DNA of 63,992 bases, filler included, from Limisphaerales bacterium (GTDB lineage: Bacteria > Verrucomicrobiota > Verrucomicrobiia > Limisphaerales > SIBE01), in assembly GCA_044225505.1 (NCBI GenBank). It is 3 parts of 3 records of this genome, joined end to end, with 100 filler letters (N's around TTAATTAATTAA, not from the genome) between each part and the next. Parts side by side here need not be neighbours in the genome. Positions count along the whole stretch, not along the records: positions 43,841 to 63,992 come from JBGAIN010000152.1; 2 more parts are not named here. One strand, 5' to 3'. Every line of letters begins with the position of its first letter. Position 1 is the first letter of the stretch. Below are positions 55,165-63,992 of this stretch, one piece after another. The position numbers and the translations under genes are program-made. The notes beneath the pieces were generated by a model, which saw only the letters and a program-made list of their open reading frames with translations, ran no database searches and was not told where the DNA came from.

Positions 55165-56952
55165 CTAACAAGGAATTCTACGCGACTGTTCGCATCGCGA
55201 GGTCGGCTGGGGAGGTCGGCCGGATCTGTCGCAGATTAGCCACAAAACCTCGTACGGCTGCAGGATGACACTCCGACTGAGTTCTCGTTCGAGGTCTGAG
55301 GGGTTTAACGTGAGGATCAAGTGCCACGACTCGTCGGCGGCCCCGTGAGTCCGCGGCAGGGTCACTTCGACGGATTCACCGCTCAGATTGTGGCAGCAAA
55401 GCACCACCTCATCAGCCTTTGCCCTGATGACTGCGAAGATCTGCGGAGCAAAGCGCAAAACCTCGCAACCTGCCTCGGGAGAAAACGCAGCGTGCGCTTG
55501 CCGAACCCGAAGCAAGTGAACCATCCCTCGCAAAACACTCGCGCGAATTGAACTCGGATCGCTCAGCTCTGTTTCCAATGCGTCTCGTTGGAGTTTCTCG
55601 CGGTTGATTCGCCGAGCCAATCCCGTAGCTCTCGCGCTCGCCCGGTCACCCCGGGAACCAAACAAGGAATGAAAATAGATCCCCGGAACGCCTGGAATTA
55701 CAAGCATCACAGCGTGAGCCGCCAGGAATCGAGCAACCTGCACCCGCAGCAGTTCAGCGCCGAAAGGGCTTGAGAGGGCATCAAAGTAATTAATGTTCAG
55801 TTCGTAAGGCGCACGTGTCCCGTTCGGCAGCGTCTTTTCGGAAACAAACCCGCCGTGAGCGATGGCGCGGTCGACAAGGGCCTGAATCTCGTCGTCGGTC
55901 AGAATTCCGCGCACGGGGTTGAGGCCGATTCCATCATGTGACGCCAGGAAATTCAAGAAAGTGACCGTCTCCGATGGTGGAGGGAGTGACTGCACCCAGC
56001 CATTCAATCGCTCAGAATTGCCGGTGGCTAAGGAATGTAGCACCAGGGGCGGTAAAGCAAAATTGTAGACAAGTTGGGCCTCGTTCAAGCCATTCCCAAA
56101 ATAGGAAATGTTATCCGCATGCGGGACGTTTGTTTCCGTAATCAAACCCACTTTCGGAGCAATCCGGTCCAGCACCGCGCGGAGGCACTGAATGATGAGG
56201 TGGGTTTGCTCAGCATGCAGGCAAGGAGTGCCAATTTCCTTCCAGAGAAAGGCAATGGCGTCCAAGCGGATGAACCGCGCGCCCTGCGACACGTAAAACA
56301 AAAGAGCGTCCAACGTGGCAAGGAATACCTCCAGATTTTTGAAATTCAGGTCGACCTGATCGGCGCTGAACGTGGTCCAGACCTTGAACGGGCCTTGCGC
56401 GGACCTGAACTCGGTCAAGAGAGGGAGCGCCCTGGGCCGCACCACTCGCGACAAGTCCGGCTCGCCTTCCACGACGATGAAGAAGTCGCGATAGGCGGGG
56501 TCGTCCGCCAAAAAACCTCGAAACCAGCCGCTTTCCGACGAGAGATGGTTAAAAACGGCGTCAAACATCAGATCGTACGAAGCTCCCAAACGCCTGATCT
56601 CCGCCCAATCGCCGAAAGACGGATCGACAAGATAATAGTCCTTCACAGCAAATCCGTCGTCGGAAGAAGCGGGATAGAAGGGCAGTATATGGACGCTGCT
56701 GACGGTCTCGTTCACATGCTGCTCCAAAAATGCTGCCAGGGTCCGTAACGGAGGAGTTGAGTCTCGCAGAACCTGGTCAGCATAGGTGATCAGGATCGAA
56801 TCGCGTTGGGAAAGACTTCCGCGACCGGGCCCGCCCAGCTTCTCGGCGACCTGAGGCGCGTACTTACGGACGACGGCTTCAATCCGCGTGAGCAGTCCTT
56901 CTGCCTGGTCCCCATAGATGGCCTTTAGATTCCGCAGAAGTGCATCCGACAT
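55165..56952 (-). CDS. GH13_18 glycoside phosphorylase, probably glucosylglycerate phosphorylase
   Basis: SSDDGF, WTTFSADQVDLN, RLDAIAF, TETNVP, SHDGIG, PYELN. ETN and YELN favour GGaP over sucrose phosphorylase (EIH / YQ). Confidence 0.82.
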   Translation of the reverse strand: MSDALLRNLKAIYGDQAEGLLTRIEAVVRKYAPQVAEKLGGPGRGSLSQRDSILITYADQVLRDSTPPLRTLAAFLEQHVNETVSSVHILPFYPASSDDGFAVKDYYLVDPSFGDWAEIRRLGASYDLMFDAVFNHLSSESGWFRGFLADDPAYRDFFIVVEGEPDLSRVVRPRALPLLTEFRSAQGPFKVWTTFSADQVDLNFKNLEVFLATLDALLFYVSQGARFIRLDAIAFLWKEIGTPCLHAEQTHLIIQCLRAVLDRIAPKVGLITETNVPHADNISYFGNGLNEAQLVYNFALPPLVLHSLATGNSERLNGWVQSLPPPSETVTFLNFLASHDGIGLNPVRGILTDDEIQALVDRAIAHGGFVSEKTLPNGTRAPYELNINYFDALSSPFGAELLRVQVARFLAAHAVMLVIPGVPGIYFHSLFGSRGDRASARATGLARRINREKLQRDALETELSDPSSIRASVLRGMVHLLRVRQAHAAFSPEAGCEVLRFAPQIFAVIRAKADEVVLCCHNLSGESVEVTLPRTHGAADESWHLILTLNPSDLERELSRSVILQPYEVLWLICDRSGRPPQPTSRCEQSRRIPC

Positions 56953-57125
56953 ACCAAACGTGTCAACACGCGCCGGAAACCTACCCAGGCTTGGCTTCAC
57001 GAATCAACAGAACAATTTCGAAATTGCCTGATGACGGTGTGAATGTTGGCCTGGGAGAATGCTCCAGGCGGCGCGAGTGTCGCGGAGGATTGCATCAACT
57101 GGACTTTGGGCTAGGATCCGCCGCC

Positions 57126-58415
57126 ATGAGCGCTGAGATATCCGGGCGTAATTCTCCCAAAAGGATTGGTTTTGTTTCGACCCGATTTCACGGAACTGAC
57201 GGTGTCAGTCTGGAAGCGCGGAAGTGGGCTCAACTGTTCGGCGAACTGGGGCATCACTGCTACTGGATGGCCGGCCTTTTGGACACGCCACCAGAAAACA
57301 GTTGGTTGACGCCGCTGGCATTTTTCAACCATCCGGAAGTGTTGGAGATTCAGGGAAAGCTCTTTGGGGTGCGCACCCGGAGTCGCACCCTGACAAATCA
57401 AATTCAGGCGCTAAAGGAGCGTCTCAAGGATAACCTCTACGAGTTCATTCAACACTTTCAGATCGATCTGCTCGTGCCAGAAAACATTCTAGCCATCCCT
57501 ATGCACGTCGCTTTGGGACTTGCCTTTACAGAAGTTATCGCCGAAACCGGCCTTCCCGTGATTGCGCATCACCATGACTTCTCGTGGGAACGTGAACGAT
57601 TCACCTTGAGCGCGGTGCCGGATTATCTACAAAGCGCGTTTCCACCCTCGTTTTCCGAAGTTCAACACGTGGTCATCAATTCCATGGCCCAGAAAGAGCT
57701 GGCGCGTCGCTTTGGATTGCCCTCAGCCATTATACCGAACATCGTTGATTTCGAAACGAGGGCACCCGCAATTGATGACTACAACGAGGACCTGCGAAAA
57801 GAGATCGGGCTCGAGGCCGATGATTGGCTCATTTTGCAGCCGACTCGGGTGGTGGCTCGAAAAGGAATCGAGCATGCCATCGAATTAGTGCGGCGGCTCA
57901 ATGATCCGCGGGCCAAGCTGGTGATCTCTCACTCGGCCGACGACGAAGGCGGCAGCTACATTCAGCTCCTTCGCGAGCGCATCCAGGATGCCGGCATTGA
58001 TGTCCGATTTATTGCTGATCGAGTGGCGGATCGTCGCGCTCGAAATGAGAAGGGCAAGAAGCTGTATACCCTGTTCGACGTTTACCCGCACGCCGATCTA
58101 GTGACTTATCCGAGTCTCTACGAAGGCTTCGGCAATGCCTTTTTGGAAGCGGTGTATTTTAGGAAGCCAGTTGTGGTTAATACCTACGCAGTCTATGCCC
58201 GTGACCTTGCGCCTCTTGGCTTCAAATGCATTGAGATGTCGCAGATTCTAAGTCAGGAAGCGGTGGCCAACACTCGACGAATCTTGAACGACAATGCATT
58301 GCGGGCAGAGTGGGCCAACGTCAATTTCGACATTGGTCTGAAGTATTTTTCCTATTCAGTCGCCCGTCGAAAGCTCGCAGCCCGGTTGGCAAATCTCTTC
58401 GGCGAAACAGTGTGA
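57126..58415 (+). CDS. GT4 glycosyltransferase, MggS-like
   Basis: RFHGTDGVSLE, HHHDFSWER, QPTRVVARKGIE, YPSLYEGFGNAFLE. Confidence 0.85.
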   Translation: MSAEISGRNSPKRIGFVSTRFHGTDGVSLEARKWAQLFGELGHHCYWMAGLLDTPPENSWLTPLAFFNHPEVLEIQGKLFGVRTRSRTLTNQIQALKERLKDNLYEFIQHFQIDLLVPENILAIPMHVALGLAFTEVIAETGLPVIAHHHDFSWERERFTLSAVPDYLQSAFPPSFSEVQHVVINSMAQKELARRFGLPSAIIPNIVDFETRAPAIDDYNEDLRKEIGLEADDWLILQPTRVVARKGIEHAIELVRRLNDPRAKLVISHSADDEGGSYIQLLRERIQDAGIDVRFIADRVADRRARNEKGKKLYTLFDVYPHADLVTYPSLYEGFGNAFLEAVYFRKPVVVNTYAVYARDLAPLGFKCIEMSQILSQEAVANTRRILNDNALRAEWANVNFDIGLKYFSYSVARRKLAARLANLFGETV

Positions 58416-58425
58416 CGCATCGGAC

Positions 58426-58730
58426 AGGGGTCAGTCCCGCCGATACGCATGTGCGATGTTCCGCCAAAGTGCCTCACGATGGCTTGAGCCACTCCCGGAC
58501 ACAGCCGGCAGCGTAGGCAACTGCGCCCATCATCAGGAAGCGGCGATTCATGGCCAGGGCCTGTAATCACAAGCCATTCTCAAGTTTCTGTTGCCGCTCG
58601 TGGCCACCGGCAACGCTTTGATATCGTCCGCTGAGGATACCGCCCCCCATTTTCCACGCCATTCCAAGAACCTGCCGCTGCCTCGCCTCAAGCGTCAACA
58701 TTTATATTGCATTCTGCGGGACTGACCCCT
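58426..58730. mobile_element. Miniature element copy A (305 bp) with terminal inverted repeats
   Basis: AGGGGTCAGTCCCGCCGA...TCTGCGGGACTGACCCCT; near-identical to 63260-63562. Confidence 0.85.
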
Positions 58731-59060
58731 GCGCCGTTTTCGCGCGCCGTACTCGTCCCAGTCGCGCGGGCGCACGACGTAGCAGACGATCCCCGAAGCG
58801 CTCAGGGTGCGTTGCAGGGAGTAACCGAGCGGCCCGGCCTCGTAACAGGCATAGACCCTCCCGGCCAGGGCCAGTTGCTTTTGCGCCCAAGCCAGAAATT
58901 TCTCGGGCGTGAAGCGTTGCGCGGGCTGCGGTGCCTGGCCATCCTCGATCCGAACCACCACCATGGAATCCGCATGCACATCGAGCCCGAGTTTGATAAC
59001 CTGAGCGCGGGGGGTCGCGGTTGTGTCGTTGCTGTTTTGAAGAGTTTTCGTTTTTTTCAT
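58731..59060 (-). pseudogene. IS110-family transposase, N-terminal DEDD domain only
   Basis: IKLGLDVHADS...CYEAGPLGY.L.R.L...GI.C.VV; cut at the boundary of element copy A. Confidence 0.82.
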
Positions 59061-59207
59061 AAGGCTCTCAAGATAGCGCTTCGCTACCGTTGATCACCCC
59101 ATGTCTTCTTTGACGATTTTCCTGCTTGTGCTGGGCCGCTCAGCCGCTAGGTTGGGGAAATAAACCGACCTTTCGATGTTCTCCTGCTGCGCCCGCTGCT
59201 GCTCGGG

Positions 59208-62200
59208 TTGATTTTCCTGGTCAATTTCTCCCAAGCGGCAGGGCCACCGCTGGATCTGTCCGGCGAGTGGGAAGCCATCCCGCAAGCATTTCTTCGGGCC
59301 GAGCACGGCGGCGGACCGTATGACAAGTTAAGCTTGCGTCTGACCCATGTGCAGCCGCTTCCACATGGACGGGGAAGAATTCCGTATGAGTTCCGTTATA
59401 CCGGGCGCTACCTGAAATATGAGAGACATTTCATTTCAACCAAAACTCCGCCGGACTGTGCCGGCACTCAGCTTGAGGACCATCTCCACGCTGTCCCTTA
59501 TCTGGTAAACTTCACCTCAATCTGGCATGTCGCGACGCTGACGGACGAAATCTTCATCACTTCAATCCATGGTTACGGGGAGGTTGATTTGCCCAGGGTG
59601 CCCAGCCCGCACGGGGAACTTCAGAAAGGCCTCGAATTCAACCGTTGGACCGCAATCATGGCGCCGCCCACCAGCGATGCGCATGCGCGCTTCGACCGCA
59701 GATACGAAAGGCGCGCCGGGGCGATTCCAACAGACCGGTGTACCAGTATCTCCGCCCTGCCCAATCGCGACCATGGCGGTGCCCAGATGTGGAAAGTCAG
59801 CGCCGCCCCGGCGGAACTTAATTTGACCGGCACCATCAAAGGGCAGGTCAAGTCGCTGCATCCAGTGACGACCGACCGGAGCGACTATGAGGTGCATCGC
59901 GCGCAGGTGTTCCTTTATCGCCAGACGCAAATGCTGCGCCTCAAGCGGAACGAGGAAAGCGATGTCGATTACGCGCGCTATCTGGCCTTTAACCGGGTCC
60001 TCGCCCGTCCCGCCGCGGTCCTCACGCCGGACCAGGACGGAAATTTCGAATTCAAGGATCTTCCCATCCTGGGACTCCGACCGGAAGGTCCTGTATCTTA
60101 CTGGAAGCCGGTGCGCTATACCGTGCAGGTCGTTTCCGCGGAGACGGACGAGCTTGTGATCAGTGGACCTGTGATCGATCCGGACAAAACCGAGGTTCTC
60201 TATTTTCAACCCGAGGAAGTCATCAATGTCCTTCCCACCACGACCTTGGCGGTCAAACTGCGTCCCTTCACCGGTTTGAATGCAAAGCTCGACCTCGTGG
60301 AGGACATCACTGAATTGGGCCCCGAAAACTTCGGCCCTATCGAAGGGAGGGTCCGCACTTACCTGAACCGGCTCGCGGATGTGCCAGGCGGTGTCACCCC
60401 GGCGCAAGAGGAAGGTCTCCGCCGCGCCATCTGGGCCGAGCGCCTCGTGCGGGACTCCGCGCGTTACAGTGACGAGCTGCTTTCGGCGGGCCTGAAAGCA
60501 TTTGCGTCGCTGATGGCGGATGCAATCGGTGATCTGAAGCGATGGGAATCCGAAGGCGTGGCCGATGCGCGCAAGGCATTAGCGCAAGTCCGCGCCGGAT
60601 CTGGCAATCCCCGTTTGCCTTCACAATTCAACATCAACGATACGTCCAAGCTGTCGCCGCGGTGGCAGGAAATGATCCAGCGCGGTCAGCGGACGGAGAT
60701 GACGGACGAACTGATTAAGCTGGTGAAGGCTGCGCGCGTGGTGGTGCAGGAGGGCTTAATTTACGCAGGAATGGACGCGCAGACCGCCAGTAGAGTCGCA
60801 CTAGGATTAGAACATTCCCATTTGATTATTTTGAATTATATCCGCAACCAAACGGGACGCGGAATCGCCAAGGATCTGATCAAGTTGGCCCTGAAGGAGT
60901 ATTTGGATGACGTGCTGAAGCCGCGTCTTTTTGACAGTTCCCTTCCTTATTCCCACACCAGCCTGGTTGCGCCCGACCTCGAATACTCGGCCGCACGGCT
61001 GATGGATTGGAACCGCTCAAATCAGGAGGCGTATCTCACCGACCGAGCTGTCGTGGCCGAGCGTTTGAGCCGCTTAAGCACCATCGCCAGTGACATCCTG
61101 AGATGGGCGATTTTCTGGGAAGCCACGGCCTTGGTGGGAGATACCTCGCAGAAAGTTTTCGGAGCAGCGGCGGCGATCCCTCCAGCCCGGGTCTGGGCGA
61201 AGGCCTTCGAAAATTTTTCCAGAGGCCTGAAATACGTTGCCAATGGCGAGGCGGCGGCGGGCTCGGCCATCTTTGTGTTTTGGGGCGCTCCCAAGTTGGT
61301 GCGCGAGGGAGTCTATGGAGCCTTCGGAGAACAGCCGCCCGCGCGGCAGAGCGCACAATCCTTCGACCCACCACGCCTTTCAGCGCTCGCCGAGAACCCG
61401 CCGATTGTCCTGCCAGCGACCAATCAATTCCGGACCGCCGTCCTAAATCTCGTCGGACTCATCCGTTCGAATCAGATCGGCGCGGCCTTGGAAATGGCCG
61501 GATCAATCGAGACGAACGGTTATGCCAGAGCGCGCGCCACCTGGAAGCGGCAGGTGGATATCTTCGAATTGCAGGGTGCAAGTGTGAACGTCACCGCTGC
61601 CAGCACCGCGGGAAATCCACTCCTTCGGCTCCAGGAGGCCAAGGCCATTTTGCTCACCGCCCGGACAAAGTTCGAGAGCAGTTTTCAGGAGCTCTTTCGA
61701 CACGTTCTGCTTGCGCCCGAGGCCGCCACCAATGATCCCATCTACCTTGCGGCGAAGAACGAAGTGGTCGCGACCAGCGCGGGATTGTTGGATGAATTGG
61801 GGAACTTTCATGAAACGGTCCAAGGCTTCCCCTCCGAATGGGGCCGATGGCAGCTTCTGCCCGCGCTGATGATCGATCTATTGGAACCTGCGGCGACCAA
61901 CGAAATCGCCACGATTCCCCAGGAATTCATCATCCGAGCGCGCGTCTCCAATCTTACTTTCACGGGCGCGAGTAATGTGCAAGCACGGCTCACCATCGTT
62001 TCCTCGAATGAAAACGTCACTGTTTCCACACCGCTGGTGAGAACCGCTGGCTCGGGAACTCTGGGCCGCGCGGATGCCCTGGTGGGAGCTGGAGACGACG
62101 AAGCGATTGTGGAATGGGTCGTTCATTACGGCAGCAGCGGCTCTCTGCAGCCTCTGGCCTTCCAGATCGATCTGCTGGAGGGGGACGCCGAACCAACCAC

Positions 62201-63116
62201 CTTCGTGAGCGCGGCCCGGAGTGGATCGCTTCCACTCTCCGCTGAGCTTTACGATCGCGATCTCGATGGTTTGCCGGACAGTTGGGAACGCGAGCACGGC
62301 CTCAATCCTGACCTGGACGATGCGGGGCTGGATCTGGACTCAGATGGATTGACCAACATCGAAGAATTTCGTTTGGGACTCAAGCCCCACGTCGCTGATT
62401 TCGATAGTGACGGTCTGTTGGATGGTGAGGAAGTGGCAGGCGGCGCGGACGGCTTCGTAACGAACCTCCGCTTGGCCGATTCGGATGGTGACGGCGTGCC
62501 CGACAACCTGGACGGTCACCCGGTGGACGAGACTTCGACCACGCGCCCGGCCGACATGCTGGAACCGGTGGTCGCGGTGGACCAGTCCAGGGTGGTTCTT
62601 TCACAACTTCAGCCCTTCGCCATCATCCATGTCACCAACCACGGCTCTGGGCTATTGCAGTGGGGTGCCACCGCGGAAAACCCCGGGCTGGTCGTCCCGA
62701 ACGTCTTGGCCCCCGCCCTCACCACTGCGGATCTGTTGCTGCTGCGTCTTCCGTCAGGAGCCAGCCTGCGCAATTTCGGCACCGCCCTCACCACCATTCG
62801 AGTCCATGACCTGGGCGGGGCCACCCCGGACGCAGCGGAGATTCAGGTGTTCATCAGCGGGGAATTTGGCGCTCCGCTCGTCGTTTCCCTGGAACCCGGC
62901 TCACGGAATGTCGTTCTCTCTTGGACTGCCGTTGCCGATCGGCAGTACCAGGTTGAATATTCCGAGGATCTCCTCGTCTGGAAAAAACCGGCGGATGGCT
63001 TATTTTCCCCAACTGCCGCAGGCACCGTTTGGACTTGGACGGACGGTGGCCCACCCGCCACCGATGCCCCTCCCGGCGACCTCGAGAAAAGATTCTATCG
63101 TGTCATCCCGAGGTAG
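59208..63116 (+). CDS. Large secreted protein of unknown function with Ca-binding DxDxDG repeats and C-terminal FYRV domain
   Basis: 1302 aa ORF. The signal peptide extends upstream in-frame to ATA 59160. DRDLDGLPDSWE/DLDSDGL/DSDGDG repeats; ends YQVEYSEDLLVW...KRFYRVIPR. Confidence 0.85.
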   Translation: MIFLVNFSQAAGPPLDLSGEWEAIPQAFLRAEHGGGPYDKLSLRLTHVQPLPHGRGRIPYEFRYTGRYLKYERHFISTKTPPDCAGTQLEDHLHAVPYLVNFTSIWHVATLTDEIFITSIHGYGEVDLPRVPSPHGELQKGLEFNRWTAIMAPPTSDAHARFDRRYERRAGAIPTDRCTSISALPNRDHGGAQMWKVSAAPAELNLTGTIKGQVKSLHPVTTDRSDYEVHRAQVFLYRQTQMLRLKRNEESDVDYARYLAFNRVLARPAAVLTPDQDGNFEFKDLPILGLRPEGPVSYWKPVRYTVQVVSAETDELVISGPVIDPDKTEVLYFQPEEVINVLPTTTLAVKLRPFTGLNAKLDLVEDITELGPENFGPIEGRVRTYLNRLADVPGGVTPAQEEGLRRAIWAERLVRDSARYSDELLSAGLKAFASLMADAIGDLKRWESEGVADARKALAQVRAGSGNPRLPSQFNINDTSKLSPRWQEMIQRGQRTEMTDELIKLVKAARVVVQEGLIYAGMDAQTASRVALGLEHSHLIILNYIRNQTGRGIAKDLIKLALKEYLDDVLKPRLFDSSLPYSHTSLVAPDLEYSAARLMDWNRSNQEAYLTDRAVVAERLSRLSTIASDILRWAIFWEATALVGDTSQKVFGAAAAIPPARVWAKAFENFSRGLKYVANGEAAAGSAIFVFWGAPKLVREGVYGAFGEQPPARQSAQSFDPPRLSALAENPPIVLPATNQFRTAVLNLVGLIRSNQIGAALEMAGSIETNGYARARATWKRQVDIFELQGASVNVTAASTAGNPLLRLQEAKAILLTARTKFESSFQELFRHVLLAPEAATNDPIYLAAKNEVVATSAGLLDELGNFHETVQGFPSEWGRWQLLPALMIDLLEPAATNEIATIPQEFIIRARVSNLTFTGASNVQARLTIVSSNENVTVSTPLVRTAGSGTLGRADALVGAGDDEAIVEWVVHYGSSGSLQPLAFQIDLLEGDAEPTTFVSAARSGSLPLSAELYDRDLDGLPDSWEREHGLNPDLDDAGLDLDSDGLTNIEEFRLGLKPHVADFDSDGLLDGEEVAGGADGFVTNLRLADSDGDGVPDNLDGHPVDETSTTRPADMLEPVVAVDQSRVVLSQLQPFAIIHVTNHGSGLLQWGATAENPGLVVPNVLAPALTTADLLLLRLPSGASLRNFGTALTTIRVHDLGGATPDAAEIQVFISGEFGAPLVVSLEPGSRNVVLSWTAVADRQYQVEYSEDLLVWKKPADGLFSPTAAGTVWTWTDGGPPATDAPPGDLEKRFYRVIPR

Positions 63117-63161
63117 CTTAGCTAGCTGGCTAGTGCAGCACGCCCTAGGGGGCTAGCAGAG

Positions 63162-63215
63162 GTGCTCAACCCGCTTCACGTCGCATCAGACGGGCAGGAA
63201 GCACTTGATTGCCTC
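63162..63215 (+). pseudogene. Tiny response-regulator receiver fragment
   Basis: LNPLHVASDGQEALDCL resembles the receiver-domain beta2-alpha2 segment. Confidence 0.3.
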
Positions 63216-63259
63216 GCGTCAAAGTCAAAGGGGGGTCAACAAAGGGGGCTGTGCGGGAC

Positions 63260-63562
63260 AGGGGTCAGTCCCGCAGATACGCATGTGCGATGTTCCGCCA
63301 AAGTGCCTCACGATGGCTTGAGCCACTCCCGGACACAGCCGGCAGCGTAGGCAACTGCGCCCATCATCAAGGAAGCGGCGATTCATGGCCAGGGCCTGCA
63401 ATCACAAGCCATTCTCAAGTTTCTGTTGCCGCTCCCGTCCACCGGCAACGCTTTATATCGTCCGCTGAGGATACTGCCCCCCAGTTTCCACGCCATTCCA
63501 AGAACCTGCCGCTGCCTCGCCTCAAGCGTCAACATCTATATTGCATTCTGCGGGGTGACCCT
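63260..63562. mobile_element. Miniature element copy B (303 bp), right IR degenerate
   Basis: AGGGGTCAGTCCCGCAGA...TCTGCGGGGTGACCCT; same orientation as copy A. Confidence 0.85.
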
Positions 63563-63600
63563 TCGACATGGTTGGCGATTTGCCGGCTGCGTGCTTCCTT

Positions 63601-63749
63601 CGGGGTCGGAATCGGTATCGGTATCGGTATCGTTCCTAGATGGACCCAGCCCACGTCAGCGATGGCAGCGCGGTACACGTCCAACCGCACATAATCAAAT
63701 CCCAGGCCGCATCCTTCCGATTCCGATTCCGATTCCGACGCCGACACCT
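63601..63749 (-). pseudogene. Four-helix-bundle (23S rRNA IVP/Avd-like) gene remnant bracketed by hexamer repeats
   Basis: Minus strand FDYVRLDVYRAAI...W, flanked by (ATCGGT)n and (TTCCGA)n tracts. Confidence 0.55.
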
Positions 63750-63926
63750 CTTTTGTGTCAACCGACCGTTGCCTTACGTCATTCAGCTTTGTCCACCGGC
63801 GCGACACGATAGCGATGCGACTCTCCACCGCAATTGATTCTGTCCAAAGCCTTGTGCTCGTCCTCACGGTCTCTCGCTGTTTTCGGTGGGATAGAACCTA
63901 TTCCTTCGTTCTGAAACAGGCGTTTG

Positions 63927-63978
63927 GCGTCCCGGCAGGGACGCCGTGGCATAAGCCCGGCACTTCCAGTGCCGGGAA
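63927..63978. repeat. REP-like double hairpin
   Basis: GGCGTCCC-GGCA-GGGACGCC followed by CCCGGCACT-TCC-AGTGCCGGG. Confidence 0.5.
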
Positions 63979-63992
63979 TCCGCGCGCAGAGT

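Overview
This is bacterial DNA, most likely Verrucomicrobia and probably a Pedosphaerales/Limisphaerales-like lineage. That call is inferred from RNase HIII, the prepilin/H-X9-DG, FG-GAP and delta-60 secreted proteins, and the repeat types. The window is three contigs joined by N-runs containing the artificial six-frame stop linker TTAATTAATTAA (24000-24099, 43741-43840), so adjacency across these joins cannot be trusted. Contig 1 carries the tRNA-Thr/tuf/tRNA-Trp/tRNA-Ser/secE/nusG/rplKAJL/rpoB cluster, rnhC, several secreted repeat proteins, REP-like repeats and an IS1634 remnant. Contig 2 carries a ~15 kb Mo-nitrogenase cluster on the minus strand: nifA-draG-draT-nifH-nifD-nifK-mop-nifE-nifN-nifB-(deleted ferritin)-2Fe2S ferredoxin-nifV-unknown 170 aa gene. 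It has sigma54 promoters and an in-frame TGA inside nifD. Contig 3 carries the alternative complex III operon (actABCDE), an ISKra4-like IS and a probable glucosylglycerate/mannosylglucosylglycerate metabolism cluster. It also carries two copies of a ~305 bp miniature element with terminal inverted repeats, apparently derived from a Y1/RAYT-like transposase gene, which bracket a truncated IS110 and a 1302 aa secreted protein of unknown function. Several single-base lesions (nifD, actE, an FG-GAP gene) may be sequencing errors.
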